DNA of 64,000 bases from Octopus vulgaris (Eukaryota). Location: the NCBI GenBank assembly GCA_951406725.2, contig OX597825.1:22692001-22756000 (forward strand), given 5' to 3'. Positions 1 to 13,379 of the stretch are shown one piece after another. The notes beneath the pieces are model-generated. The model did not search any database, was not told where the DNA came from, and saw nothing but the letters and a program-made list of their open reading frames with translations. The first letter of the stretch is position 1; every line of letters starts with the position of its first letter. The position numbers were made by a program, and so were the translations under genes.

Positions 1-112
1 ATGAACGTGAATATATTTTCGGGGAAACTTTCATACTACATGCATATATCTTACTCCAAACAAAGATGCCGAGTGTCACTTTCTTTTGTCAACTCGTTCT
101 TATATACGTGTG

Positions 113-441
113 TGGAGGCAGCGGACTCGCGGTCGTAGGATCGCGGTTTCGATTCCCAGACCGGGCGTTGTGAGTGTTTATTGAGCGAAAACACCTAAAA
201 ACTCCACTAGTCTCCGGCAAGAGATGGTGGTGATCCCTGCTGTACTCTTTCACCACAACTTTCTCTCACTCTTTCTTCCTGTTTCTGTTGTACCTGTATT
301 TCAAAGGGCCGGCCTTGTCACTCTCTGTGTCACGCTGAATATCCCCGAGAACTACGTTAAGGGTACACGTGTCTGTGGAGTGCTCAGCCACTTACACGTT
401 AATTTCACGAGCAAGCTGTTTGTAACCGACGGAGTGCTTCC
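113..441 (+). mobile_element. tRNA-derived SINE (family D), copy 1
   Basis: B-box-like GGTTTCGATTCC; near-identical to 19605-19907; 5' A-box partly deleted. Confidence 0.8.
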
Positions 442-521
442 ACATACGTGTATTTATTTGTGCGTGTGTGTTTGTGTGTGTATGTGCGTGTGTCTGTATT
501 ATATATATACATACATAGACA

Positions 522-1078
522 CATGTGTTGGACAAAATAATGGAAACACCTTAAAATTTCAAACAAATTTATTTTAATATAGGGTAGGGCCGCATTTGGC
601 AGTAACTACATATTGAATTCTATGAGTTATGGACTCGTACAAAGTTTGAATTCTTTCCAAAGGAATTTCTCTCCACTCTTCAGCTAAAACAGTCTCCAGT
701 TCTTGTAGTGATGATGGTGGATGATATCGACTCCTTACTTGTTTTTCTAAAATGCACCATAAATGTTCAATAATACTGCGATCCGGGAGCTGTGGTGGCT
801 AGAACGTTCATCGTGCCATTCAGTAACAACTTTATCTCTGTGAATTGGGGCATTATCATCCAGAAACAGTTCCGCGATCAGAGGATGAATTTGACCAGAT
901 AAATTGCTTAAATAGGCTTGAATATTAATTCTGCCATGAAGGGATTCTATTGGGCCGGCGGATTTCCAAGATATAGCCCCCCCACACACACACACACACA
1001 CAGATCAACTGGGTCAAATGCTTCTTTTTGCTGTCTCCACACGTAAACTCGGCCAGTGGTCGGAAATAATGTAAAATA
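522..1078 (-). pseudogene. Tc1-family (DD34E) transposase relic with one terminal repeat
   Basis: Minus-strand translation FTLFPTTGRVYVWR...GAISWKSAGP...DDNAPIH...PPQLPDRSIIEHLW; (CA)n insertion near 982-1002; TIR-like TGTTGGACAAAATAATGGAAACACC at about 526. Confidence 0.85.
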
Positions 1079-1080
1079 AA

Positions 1081-1415
1081 TGGAAGTGATATCTAGATGA
1101 CTTCTTCATACTTTAGCATGAAAATATACAGAGACTTCAAGAATTTCAGGCACTTCTAAATGGACTTGACATAAACATTCAATTTACGGTGAACAACAAC
1201 TTCCATTCCTCGACAACCTTATTAAGAAATCCAACAACAAAATAGAAATATACATATCCCATAATCCCACGAACTCTAAGCAATATCTACCGTTCAACTC
1301 ATGCCACCCCATACACACTAGAATGAATAGCCCTTTCAACATGTCAAAAAGGATTTTTACTATAATATCTGATACAAGCACCAGGAACATGACTATATGG
1401 GTCAAAGGATACAAT
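1081..1415 (+). pseudogene. Penelope-like element reverse transcriptase C-terminal fragment
   Basis: WK*YLDDFFIL...NIQFTV / LPFLDNLIKK...PTNSKQYLPFNSCHP, matching PLE RT YxDD and thumb motifs; stops and a frameshift. Confidence 0.85.
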
Positions 1416-1576
1416 CAGTAGGAAATACTAATCATTACTAATTGATATAGGTTTTCAACGGTACAATTCTTTACAAAAGGTATTTCATGATAAAATTATT
1501 GTAGTATTTTCTACCTTGTCCTATTTCCCTTACACATACACACACACACACAAACACTCAGACACACACACACGCG

Positions 1577-1622
<46 letters not shown>

Positions 1623-1687
1623 CAAGCCTCTGTGTATGTAGCAGTTTATCAATCGTTTCTCTCTCTCTCCTTATCTATCTATCTATT

Positions 1688-1719
<32 letters not shown>

Positions 1720-1724
1720 TATAT

Positions 1725-2044
1725 ACTAGCAGTATCGCCCGGCGTTGCTCAGGTTTGTAAGGGAAATAACTATAAAGCATTTTTAGAGAGTTATAGCCAA
1801 AAAATAGCAAAAAATGGAAAAAATGATAGTAAATTGTTTTTTGAGATTTAAAAAAGGTGGAGTTGCGTCGCCTAGACAGTTTGTGGTTTGTGTTTCTGAT
1901 TCTCGACCCCATGTCGAATTTATCGATTTGAATTATGTCATTGGGCTATGTGTGTGTCAAGTTTCATCAGAATCGGTTGAAAGCCGTGGTCAGGGTGAGG
2001 GTACAAGCAAACAGACACACAGAAACACGCACAGACAAACTGCC

Positions 2045-2052
<8 letters not shown>
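1725..2052 (-). mobile_element. Non-autonomous Helitron-like element
   Basis: Minus-strand 3' end ...GCAACGCCGGGCGATACTGCTAGT (hairpin plus CTAG); CAAGTTTCATCAGAATCGG and ACAGAC repeats typical of Lep1-like Helitrons; flanked by (TA)n. Confidence 0.65.
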
Positions 2053-2126
<74 letters not shown>

Positions 2127-2488
2127 ATGTATGTATTCAATACCTCTTCTAAGTAGTATAGTTTGTAGATAAGAATGCGTGAATTCAATAAATGATTTAC
2201 GTCGTATATTAGCTCTGCTGTGAAGTATAATTTGCTTTCTGTCAGAAAACTTAATACAGTCGCAACTACTTTTCGGATCAACTGGGGACATTAGCTGTGA
2301 TAGACTGTCTTGTTAGACTAACGAAGGTCACACTCGCGTTTCTTTAACGCTATACATAACGGATCAATATTTTACGCGCGTCTCTATTCGTGTCCATACT
2401 CATACATTATTTTGTGTAATGCGTCACATATATATATATATACATATGTCTACATGTCTGTGTGGGTTTGTGTCTGTGTATATATACG

Positions 2489-2531
<43 letters not shown>

Positions 2532-2534
2532 ATA

Positions 2535-3410
2535 TACCGTATTTTCCGGTGTATAAGCTGCTATTTTCTACCTGGGAAAATTATTTTGTGGCTTATAGAA
2601 AGGTGTTGCTAATGTGTGTATTTTTTATAAGTTTTAGGAAGAAAATAACTTGTGTATGGAGATCGACTGATTCCACTGACTTTTTCCGAGGAAAGGTCGG
2701 TCGGTGTACAACATGAAAGACTAGTGCTACAGAACATTGGTGCCCAGAAGAAAACAAACCATATTTGTTTTGTTTTATCTTCATGTTTTGATAATGTTAC
2801 TTTTAATCTAATAAAGACTTCAATATTGACGAAGTGCGTTTGCTGTTGATTATAGTATGATAAAATCATAACAATAGCAATAAATCTTATAATAGTTGTA
2901 AAGTGGCACCAAAGTAATCATAATGTTCTTTGAAAGCACTAGAAATATAGTTTTTTCACATTTATTCGCTGTCTGGATCGCTACTGAAACCCTCAAAATT
3001 TTCATCTTCTATGTCTGAGTGGAATAATCCTGCCATCTCTGGTGTAAGGCAAGTGTCGAAGTTCACACGTGGGTAATTGTCTTCACTGTCGAAATAAGAG
3101 TCGGAGTCATCTGGAGGTAGTAATTCAGCTTTCTTGAAACCGTTGACTACACACGTCTTTGCTACGGACTTTGCTGCTGTAATCACACATCATGCGACTT
3201 CTGGAAGCGATGCAGCGCGGAGTCTTCTAGCTGCTATGAATGATTTTCTCCCGATATCATCCAGGTCTCCCACTGCATTCTCATATGCATGATGAATGTT
3301 TGGTGAACGCTGATGTCTAACGGTTGAAGTAATTTGGTCATTCCACCTGGTATAATGATCGGTGAGGTGTTTATATGATCTAGGCCGTCCTTCGCGTTAT
3401 CTGTGATATT
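2535..3410 (-). pseudogene. pogo/Tigger-like DDE transposase relic with terminal repeat
   Basis: TA-CCGTATTTTCCGGTGTATAAG TIR at 2535; minus-strand IIPGGMTKLLQPLDISV...VVNGFKKAEL followed by an acidic tail. Confidence 0.8.
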
Positions 3411-5039
3411 GGCATTGCTCTTTGGCAGTGAAAGAACCCATCTGGACGCTTGGTATTCTCTGTTTGCCTCTGTGGCACCTTTGATGTAGGCTGCTTTATT
3501 GTGGTTTGGTCGGATTCTTTTTTTTTATTTCGAGTTGTCATTTTGTGGTGGGTAAATAGGGGGTTTCATGGTGGTGTTGGTCGACTTCTTTTCTCTTCCG
3601 GTTTGGCAGTCTGTCGCGGGTTTTTGGATTGTTCCATTGTGGTGCTCATTGGTTTCTTTCTCTCTTTCTACGGATCGTCAGTTCGTGGTTGGTTGATCAG
3701 TTGTTTTGTCGCGGTGTGTGTGTGTGTGTATGTGTGTGTGTGTGTGTGTGTGTAAAATTATAAATTAAGAGAGAAATACAATATAAAATTAATTTAACCA
3801 ATGGAGAATCTTATATAAAACGACAATTATTTTGCAACTTAATGAAACATTATATTTTGTAGTTTACTTAATAAAACATATTTTATATTAAGTATATAAC
3901 TTACATGTCTGCATTATTATAAACAATTTTTAAATTAATGCAGATATTAAGTTATCTCTTCGGGTTAAAAGAAATCCATGTTGAAATATAATTCCTCGAG
4001 ATAGTTTTCAAGAAAGCAAAGTTAATATTTGTAAAAAAAAGCTTAAGAAATATGGAAAACAGTAATAATGAAACTTATACAAATTAATAAGACAGTTTTC
4101 TAAAGAAGGGAATGGAAATTTAATAGGATATTAAAAAGAAACTAGTAGATAACTTTGGTATAAGGAAAGGAAAGTTATATATTTATCATTAATAACCTAG
4201 AAAACGAAATATCATAAAGGTAGAGATTTAAAAAATGCATAAAGTGGCACGAAATGAAAGTTCTTGGAGATGGTGCTTACGAAATATAGGAATGATATTA
4301 ATAAGAGAATTTTGAACAACTTTGAATTAAAAATTAGATGTTTAAAGATATAAGCAAATATTTACATTATTTGGTGCTGTAGATGGAGGTAGCTTGAAGT
4401 ATATAAGGTAAATACATAGAAAAGCAATATTGATATGCATTCGTTGAAATGGTTTTTGAAGATATGCAATTATAGTTATAATACAACTAGACATACTACA
4501 AAATTTACACATAAAATGTTTGATAAATATTGTTAGCATCTATATAAGTTTAAAACATTTTTCTCTGCTATCTCTGTTTTGTAGAATGATATATTAAGAA
4601 CCGTTTTTTTTTTTTTTTTGTGAGTACTAGCGGATTAGTTGAATTCATATATTGTAAATTCAATTTTTCACTGATCTAGGTTCTATTTATGGCTAGGTAT
4701 TAGCGGATATTTTTTAATTTCGTTTTCGGTGAATCTAGCTAAAGAAGACTAACCAAATTTACGATAACTAACGTACTCTGGAAATCCGAAACTTGAGTAT
4801 TAGGTTATCCATTCTGGGTTGTCCCTTCCCAGAGATAAGATGAAATATTTTTTTATAAGTTCGCCGCCCGCTCACATCTTTGCGAGTATACATTCAGTGA
4901 AGCTTTACATAGCGCCGTACGGTTGTCGATTGCTATTTTCAGCAAACGTTGTTGCCTTGTTGTGTTACTATTTCCTACTAATAATTCTACTTTTACGGTG
5001 CTTTATTTAACCGGAAAATAATAATATTGTATTGTAATA

Positions 5040-5195
5040 ATGTTGTTTACATCATTTACATTTGACGGATATTTGTCCTCATCTTGTTTGTTATTAACTC
5101 AACATTTTAGCTGATATACCATCCAGCCTTCAGCAGGTGCCTTGGGGAAATTTCGAACCTGGGTTTTAATTCCTAGGGTATTTACGATATTATTA

Positions 5196-5250
<55 letters not shown>

Positions 5251-5336
5251 TATTATTATTATTATTCATGTCACTGCCTGGAATCGAACTTGGAATCTCG
5301 GGTTTAGTAGCCCTTGTTCTTAACCACTACACCCAC
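5040..5336 (-). mobile_element. tRNA-headed SINE with (TAA)n linker and degenerate hammerhead, left arm of palindrome
   Basis: Minus strand GGTGTAGTGGTTAAG...CTACTAA...AAGTTCGATTCC (A/B boxes); inverted copy of 5337-5632. Confidence 0.8.
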
Positions 5337-5632
5337 GGGCATATAGTGTAGTCGTTAAGAGCGTGAGGCTACTAACCCCGAGATTCCGAGTTCGATTCCA
5401 AGCAGTGACCAGAATAATAATAATCATAATAATAATAACATCGAAAAATACCTTAGGAATGAGAACCCACGTTCGAAATTTCCCTGAGACGCCTGAAGAA
5501 GGATGTAGGTTATATCAGCCCAAACGTTGTGCTAACAACAAACAAGATGAGGACAAATATCCGTCAAATGTAAACAAATTCAATAATTTAAATAATGTAC
5601 ATAATTCCTCATCTCTTTAATATAGAACTGTA
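5337..5632 (+). mobile_element. tRNA-headed SINE with (TAA)n linker and degenerate hammerhead, right arm of palindrome
   Basis: TAGTGTAGTCGTTAAG...GAGTTCGATTCC, then (AAT)n, then CTGAAGA-AGGATG..CAGCC-CAAACGTT-GTG. Confidence 0.8.
5488..5532 (+). ncRNA. Degenerate minimal type I hammerhead ribozyme motif
   Basis: CTGAAGA core at 5493-5499, stem II GG(A)TG/CAGCC, (C)AAA-CGTT; the consensus with the minus copy at 5097-5140 restores the full core. Confidence 0.6.
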
Positions 5633-5828
5633 TTGTAATGATATTTATAATTTATATGTATATGTATGTACGTATGTACGTATGTATGTATGTATGTATG
5701 TATGTATGTATGTATGTATGTATGTATGTATGTATGTATGTATGTATATATAGATAGATAGATAGATATAAGGACATCCATACACATGCACACATATGCA
5801 AATATACAAACACCCTCACACATATATA

Positions 5829-5886
<58 letters not shown>

Positions 5887-6764
5887 TATAATATATTTAT
5901 ATATACATATAAACATCGACATATATATAATTATATGTATTTATATATGTATGTGTGTATGTACGTATGTATTTATGTATACACACACACGCACACACAT
6001 ATATATAATTAAATTAAACAATATTTTCTATAATTAGTCGCATTAGCTTACATAGCATTATACACCGATGGCTGTTTTAATCTAATGCTACGTCTGTTGT
6101 ATATAGTGGTTTTTTATTCGGATATATGTATGCAACTGTATCAAAATATATGAACATACACACTATTGGAGAGTATAATTTTAATGATACCAATTTATTA
6201 AAAGCGGATATAATTACTTTCAATTATCATTTGTATAATTTTCTTCTCAAATATAAACACATTAACTTACCTAAGTATAATTTTCTGAATTTTCTAGCAA
6301 ATGCTTAGCTTCTTGTATATGTTGTTCACATAATTGTATACAATATTCATGTTTGCGTGCATTTATAAAAACAATTGGTAGGTATAGACTAGAATATTAA
6401 TGCAAGATATTCGTGCTTTAAAGACCATTAATCAATATGTCAGTTAATACTCATTTTTCACTTATTTTATTTTGCACACGTTGCAAAACACGAAATCACA
6501 TATTAGTATTCTAACACACATTTATATACTAAGGCTGTGACAAAATGTCGGCCATTGTTTGAATGCAGATCTATTTTATAATAAAGCAATCTTATGAAGG
6601 AAATAACATGAGGTCGATATGACGTTTCATCCTCTCGGATTCGATAAAACAAGTGCCTGTTGAGCGCTGGGGTTGATGCAATGTGGACGTATCGAATGTT
6701 TAATAAAACTTGCTGGAAAATGAAATGTAATGCATCAGTGACAAATATGTGTGCATTTATATAC

Positions 6765-8053
6765 TAACAAGTATATGTGTTTGCATTGAAATTTGTAGTA
6801 AGGCAATTGGTAAATTTTGACACATGCTCATTTTGCGCCATTATTATATTTTAACAATCTTTATTTTTTGTTAGAAAGCTAACACATCTATTTCTGTATT
6901 CTACCTCATTTTGCGCTTTATAAAGTATTTATAAATCATGTTTTTGCTATTTTTGTTTAGAGATGGATAAGTGGGAAATTCGTACAGTTTTGAAATATGA
7001 GTTCTTTCTTGGGAATACAGCATCAGAGACAGCTCGGAGTATTAATGGAGTAGTTCATTAAAATGTTATTACACGACAGACAGTATAAAATTGCTTTGCA
7101 AAATTTCATTCTGGGAATTTGGGCCTCACAAATAAGCAACGCGGTTGACCAGAAACAATGGAGGATGATGACGAACTGAAAACCACCGTCGAGTCAGAAC
7201 CATCTCAAAGTGGCCGTGAATTATTGTTGTTGTTTCGTGTTAGCAAGCAAACAATATTGACTCACCTGATTCAAATCGGTAAAGTGAAAAATTTGAATAA
7301 GTGGGTTCCACATAAACTCAATCAAAATCAGAAACAGCAACGTTTGGAAGCCTACATTATTCTACTTTCTCGTCACAAAAATTAATAATTTTTTGATAGG
7401 ATTGTAACATATGATGAGAAATGGATCCAATACAACAATCGCGAACGTTCAGCATAATGGCTGGACAAAGAGGACGCACCAAAACACGATCCAAATAGCA
7501 AAATTCATCAAAGGAAGCTGATGGTGTGTATTTGATGGTCTAGCGCAGGTGTGATCCATTATGCTTTCATTAAACCTGACTTATCAATCACGGTCAAAGT
7601 ACGCTGCAGCCAAGTGGAACAAATGATGGAGACACTTACAAAAAACTGTCTAGAGAAGTCAACAGATCCACTCCTAATTTATTGCAAGACAGCGCCAGAA
7701 CATACATCGCAAAAATGGCACTGGCGGAACTATTAGAGTTGGAGTTGGAAGTTCTCAACCATGCACCTTACTCATCTGGTCTTGCCGCCACTGATTACCA
7801 CTTCTTCCAGAATTTGGATACCTTTTTGATAGGAAAAAATTAATTCCGACAATGCTGTAAAATAGGCCTTCAAAGATATTATTGACTCTAGATTGCCAGG
7901 CTTTTACACTTCCGGGCTGGACAAGCTACCGCTGAAATGGCAAAGTGTACTGACAATACGGGTTCATACTTTGCTGAATAAACCTATTCCTTGTATTTAT
8001 AAAACATTAGCAAATTTTTGTCCTACAAATTTGCTACTTGACGATCTAATATA
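6765..8053 (+). mobile_element. mariner (DD34D) transposon, near full length, pseudogenised; transposase about 6963-7981
   Basis: MDKWEIRTVLKYEF...WVPHKL...IVTYDEKW...HAPYSSGLAATDYHFF; several stops and frameshifts; degenerate TIRs, 3' end ...ACTTGACGATCTAATA. Confidence 0.92.
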
Positions 8054-8074
8054 TGTATAGTATATATATATACA

Positions 8075-8665
8075 TAATCCTTCTAAAAGCATGTAAGGGA
8101 GTCCTGGCTACACCACTACAGTCTCTCTTCCATAGCTTCCCTGCAACTGGCAAACTCCCAAGCAAGCTGATGCAAGGTAAAATATGCTCTATTCATAAAA
8201 GAGGTAGCAGAGTAGAAACCAAAAACTACAGACCTACCTCTCTAACCTTACACATAAGCAAAGTCATGAAACGAATAGTCAGAGGAAAACTAATCACCTT
8301 TCTTGAGGAACATTACTTGCTGACTGACACCCAACATGGTTTCCGACCAGGAAGCTGCCTCATTCAGCTCTAGTATACTATGACTGGGTGAGGAAACTGC
8401 AGCTTAACCATTCAAATGTGGTTGTGATATATCTGGACTTTGCAAAGGCCTTCGATAACTTCGATCCTGGAATCATATGCCACAAAATGCGTGATCTCGG
8501 CATAGTCGAGAAATTGGGAGAATGGCTGCATGACTTTCTGAGGGATAGAAGTCAGGTGGTGGTAACCAACGGGGCCACCGCCAATAACACGCAAATAGTG
8601 AGCGGTGTTGTGCAAGGCACTGTTTTGTAACCAGTACTGTTCATAATGGCCCTCAGCCACACACA
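8075..8665 (+). pseudogene. Non-LTR retrotransposon (CR1/L2-type) RT fragment
   Basis: KNYRPTSLT...TQHGFRPG-SC...YLDFAKAFD...SGVVQGTVL. Confidence 0.9.
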
Positions 8666-9129
8666 GAAACTATCACGTTACTAATAGTTTCGCGTTCATG
8701 CGTTCCTCAGGTGCAAATCGCAAAGTATTCCCAAAACTTTTGTTTAAACAGAGGAACAGTTTAGTACAGGCACATAGATAAAGCATATTTAATGGAAGAT
8801 AACATCTTCATGGGTAAAGTAAAATATAAATAAATATAAAATATAAAAATGAGTCAAAAGTATAAAATGTACAAATTATTAAATTATTAAATGCAAACAT
8901 ACATATATATACACATATATATACGCTTAAATATATTTATATATATATATTTATACATACATACATACATACACACATACACACATATATATATATATAT
9001 ATATACATATATATTCACATATATCTACAAATATACGTATATATACATGTGTGTGTGGTGTTTATTTTTACATACATGTAAATATATACCTGTATATATA
9101 CATACATACAAACATATATATATATACAT

Positions 9130-9191
<62 letters not shown>

Positions 9192-9938
9192 GTGTATATA
9201 TAATATATATATACAAGTTTACACGTACATATGTATGAGTGTTTGTGTCAACAGCTGTATCAATAGAAACATTTTGAGAAACAAAAGAGTCACGTGGGAC
9301 TGTCTCTGAAACAATTTGGTGTTCTTCCAAATATCTTTATTGATGATGTTGGTTTAGAAATTGGATGTAATTTACTTAAGAATTCAATGCTTGAGGTAAA
9401 AATGTATATTTCGGTAAACATGTTACGATGCAACCACTCTTCAAACATTATATATCTAGATAAGTGTGAGAGAATAACGTGTGTATAAGAATGTCTATAT
9501 ATGTCCATGTAAATTACTCTTGCTTTATGTGTGCTTTAACACGTCTTAGCCTGTATTATGAATGTGTATTTGTGCGTATGTTACATAATTTTATTTATAA
9601 CTCTTTTGTTCCTGCTATTGTTTCAATTACATTGCTGTGTAGATAAAGCATTGACTTACGTAATGGCAGTCACGTGTTTACAGCAGCTTTCTATCTAGAA
9701 TTACGTTATGAAATATGAAGCGCAGTAAAGAAAGGCGTGGATTATCAATACCATAATGAGGACGGGATTCTACAAAACATTATTATAAGCTGATTTTAGG
9801 GAACTGGCCAGATTAATAGTATTACTGTACCCTAAAACAAGCCACATACTCAAACTGATTCATGTGTGCATAAAATCACTAAACCTAAGATGTATTAGCT
9901 TACGTTTATATTCTATGGAACATCCATAACTGTAAATA

Positions 9939-10427
9939 TATAGCCAGCTGGTGGAGGTGTCCTCCTGGGGCTACAAGCTACATTAGCATCCACTCTTAGT
10001 GGTTGGCCATATTTAAATGGCAAATATACTTCACCATGTGTTGCAGCTACTGTTTATACCTCGCTCAGAGATTTATTTTTGCTTGCTTACACTTTTTGGA
10101 TATCAGTGTCTCTACGTCACTGGAAAAAAAAGATATATATTTGTGCAGAGGAAAGCCTACTTTTCATCGACAGCCATGATTGTCACACGCTGATTACGGA
10201 AAATCGAGTGGGTGTGTATCATAGGTTGAAGACATGAAGGATGGCTTCCCTTTGCAAATACTGATAGGGCACAGAAAGTGTGTCTATAGCTAGCTGGAGG
10301 AGGTGTCCTCCTGGGGCTACAAGCTACAGTAGCATCCACCCTTAGGGGTTAACCATATTTAAATGGCAAATATACTTCACGATGTGTTGCAGCTACTGTT
10401 TATACTTCGCTCAGAGATTTATTTTTG
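9939..10427 (+). repeat. About 143-bp direct repeats (9939-10081, 10285-10427) of a short non-coding element
   Basis: Near-identical copies of AGCTGG(T/A)GGAGGTGTCCTCCTGGGGCTACAAGCTAC...CTCAGAGATTTATTTTTG; period 346 bp. Confidence 0.85.
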
Positions 10428-11181
10428 TAAATATATATTTACATAAGTATCTAAAAACAATGTTTAGCGAAGAAGCAGCGTTATGTATGTAGATATACTC
10501 ATGTATTGTAGTAATGTGTTTCGCACTAAAGATGTCTCTTTCTGTGAGTATTTCACTGAATCTGATATAAACAGATTCAGGGCAACTCTTTCAGTATTTA
10601 TGTTTATGTAAACGTGTGTGTTAAGAGCTTGCATATATATGTGTACGTTGTGCGTGTATGTGTCTGTGTTTGTGTTTGCGTATGTAGGTATGTGAACGTG
10701 TGTATTCGTATACACACACACATATATATATATATAGGCATATCTGATAATGAGAATTCAGTTGACCAGTCAATTAAATAAATGCATTTTGTATTTGTAA
10801 TTAATTGATTGATTATTCAGGAGGGACGTGTACTTTTAAGTTGATAACAAAAGCAGTAGCAATGAATATGAGCTACTTTTTATTGTTTTCAAACTTCACA
10901 CCAATCGATTTTAATTTTCACATGATGATGCGGTGAGACACTACTATAGTAAAAAGTTGATAGTTAAGCAGTTACGCAGAGGATTTCAAGCATAGACTTC
11001 GTAATTTCGATGTAAATTTCTTAAATGTTTCAACTACAGACAGGAACAGGCGTAATGAACGACGTGTAACGAACCAGAAGTTGTGAGATAAGAGACAATC
11101 AGTTTTATAAAAGTTCAGGATGCATTAAGCGCCTGCTACCTTTGTTTCATCAAGCTTGTACATAACAATGACTATATTTAA

Positions 11182-11240
<59 letters not shown>

Positions 11241-11250
11241 CGTGTGTGTA

Positions 11251-11402
11251 GGCGTAGAAGTGACTATGTGGTAAGTAGTTTGCTTACCAACCACATGGTT
11301 CCGCGTTCAGTTCCTTGGGGAAGTGTCTTCTACTATATCCTCGGGCCCAATAAAGCTTTGTGAGTGGATTTGGTAGACGGAAACTGAAAGAAGCCCGTCG
11401 CA

Positions 11403-11495
<93 letters not shown>

Positions 11496-11755
11496 CTGTG
11501 TGTGTATGTATTTATGTATGTATGTATGTGTGTGTATATATGTTCGTGTGCCTGTGTTTATCCCTCCCAACATCGCTTGACAACCGATGCTGGTGTGTTT
11601 ACGTTCCCGTAAGCTAGCGGTTCGGCAAAAGTGACCGATGGAATTAGTAATAGGCTTACGACAAATAAGTCCTAGGGTCGATTTGCTTGACTAAAGGCAG
11701 TGCCCCGGCATTGCCACAGTCAAATGATTGAAACAAGTAACAGAGTAAAAGAGTA
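11251..11755 (+). mobile_element. tRNA-derived CORE-like SINE (family A) with internal (TA)n(TG)n
   Basis: GGCGTAG..TGTGGTAAGTAG head, CCTTGGG(C)AAGTGTCTT CORE-like motif, AAAAGAGT-repeat tail. Confidence 0.85.
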
Positions 11756-12050
11756 ATAAATACATATATGTATGTGTGTGTATGTGCGCGTTCGCGCGTG
11801 TATATGTGTGTACGTTTATAAATATGTGTGAGTGAAACGTATCCAGCATACATGAATAGGAACATGCGTTTCTATGAGTGTTCGTTTTATATCTCATTCC
11901 TTTTTCTTTAATCTAGTGGAAAGAAATTTAATCCATATATCTACGTATGCATATGAGTATATGTGTTTGGGCTTAGACATCTGCGAAGGTTAACAAGGTG
12001 ACATGTATAGAGATAAAGAAAAATATGTTAGATTGTTAGATGCAGAGATA

Positions 12051-12115
<65 letters not shown>

Positions 12116-12412
12116 ATTTATGTATCTATAGAGAGAATATAATAGATTTCTATTACATTTTTTCTACTAGGTTTCTAACAGTTCATAAAGGAATTATAGA
12201 TGTATATAAAACTGAATTTATATGTTCCAAAAAAGACAGGTTTGGAAAATATAAAGAATGTAGGAAATATTTATCTTCATCGTGTGTAGGCATGTAAATG
12301 TTGGTGTGTATTCGTTTCTACCATTTGTTAAAAACGGGGCAGCTATGTTAATTATCCGTGTGATGTTATATATACGTGCATGAGAATGACGCGTGTGTGT
12401 AGATGTATATGG

Positions 12413-12528
<116 letters not shown>

Positions 12529-12713
12529 AATTCCTTTATGAACTGTTAGATATATATGATATATATGTTATATGCAAATAAATATGTATGTATATGTGTA
12601 TGTATGTATATATATAAGTTTTCAAATTTACAGAAAACAAAAAGTCGAAAACAGGTGTAGGAACAATGAGAAGATGTATCTGTTTAAAGCTTGGGAAAAA
12701 TGAATGGAAAAGT

Positions 12714-12749
12714 ATTTTACATTTCGAGCATACCCTCTTCGACAGAAAG
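12714..12749 (-). ncRNA. Degenerate minimal hammerhead motif in a probable Penelope pseudo-LTR
   Basis: Minus strand CTTT-CTGTCGA-AGAGGGTATGCTC-GAAA-TGTA-AAA. Confidence 0.5.
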
Positions 12750-13379
12750 CATTGACAAAGAAAAGAAAATTAATGAAATGAAAAAAAAAAACGGGAAGAG
12801 AAAAATAATTGTTTTTAAGGATTAACGGTTCAACATGACGAAACAGTCAGCAGAAGATTGAATAAAATCGACATAATTACGTTGACCCGGCCGAACGAAT
12901 TTATATATACGTATATGTCAGTTGTTACTCCTGCACTGGGGCTGTTCGAGCTTAGCCCGAGTATAAATTTAGTAAAGTGAGTGTGTATTTGCAAGCTGAT
13001 TTATTTCCTAAAACACTGACTTCAAGTATGCAATTGCAGCCAATAACTCGGTCTCCGTTTATTGAGCCTGGTTGCAGTTCAGCGTCTGACTTTCGTCTTA
13101 GAGTTGCTCTGTGTCAAAAAATATCACTCGTAGCAGACGTCCTCCCACCATCATTCACAGGTGCTGACTCAGGTTCAGAAGTTAAAACCCGAGTTGTTAT
13201 GTATGATCGTAAAAATTTAAAAAGAAATTCAAATTCAATGTTTTCTTGAAAAAATAAATTTCTGTAGAGAGTAGGATTTAATTTCCAATCTATCAAACGT
13301 TTCCGTTCTAAAATATTCTTAAAGAACGAAAAGTTGCTCAGCAACTCAGGCTAATGCGAACGGGCCTGGTAGGTATACA

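Noticed and set aside
224-577. Same peptide MVVIPAV..FHHNFLSL at 224 and 19688
   Set aside because: Both lie in copies of one SINE, so the identity reflects the repeat rather than coding constraint.
3760-4950. Possible degraded LINE or host coding sequence
   Set aside because: Many stops and no diagnostic motif.
5337-5410. tRNA gene
   Set aside because: A/B boxes are present but there is no acceptor stem or terminator, and it continues into a repeat body; treated as a SINE head.
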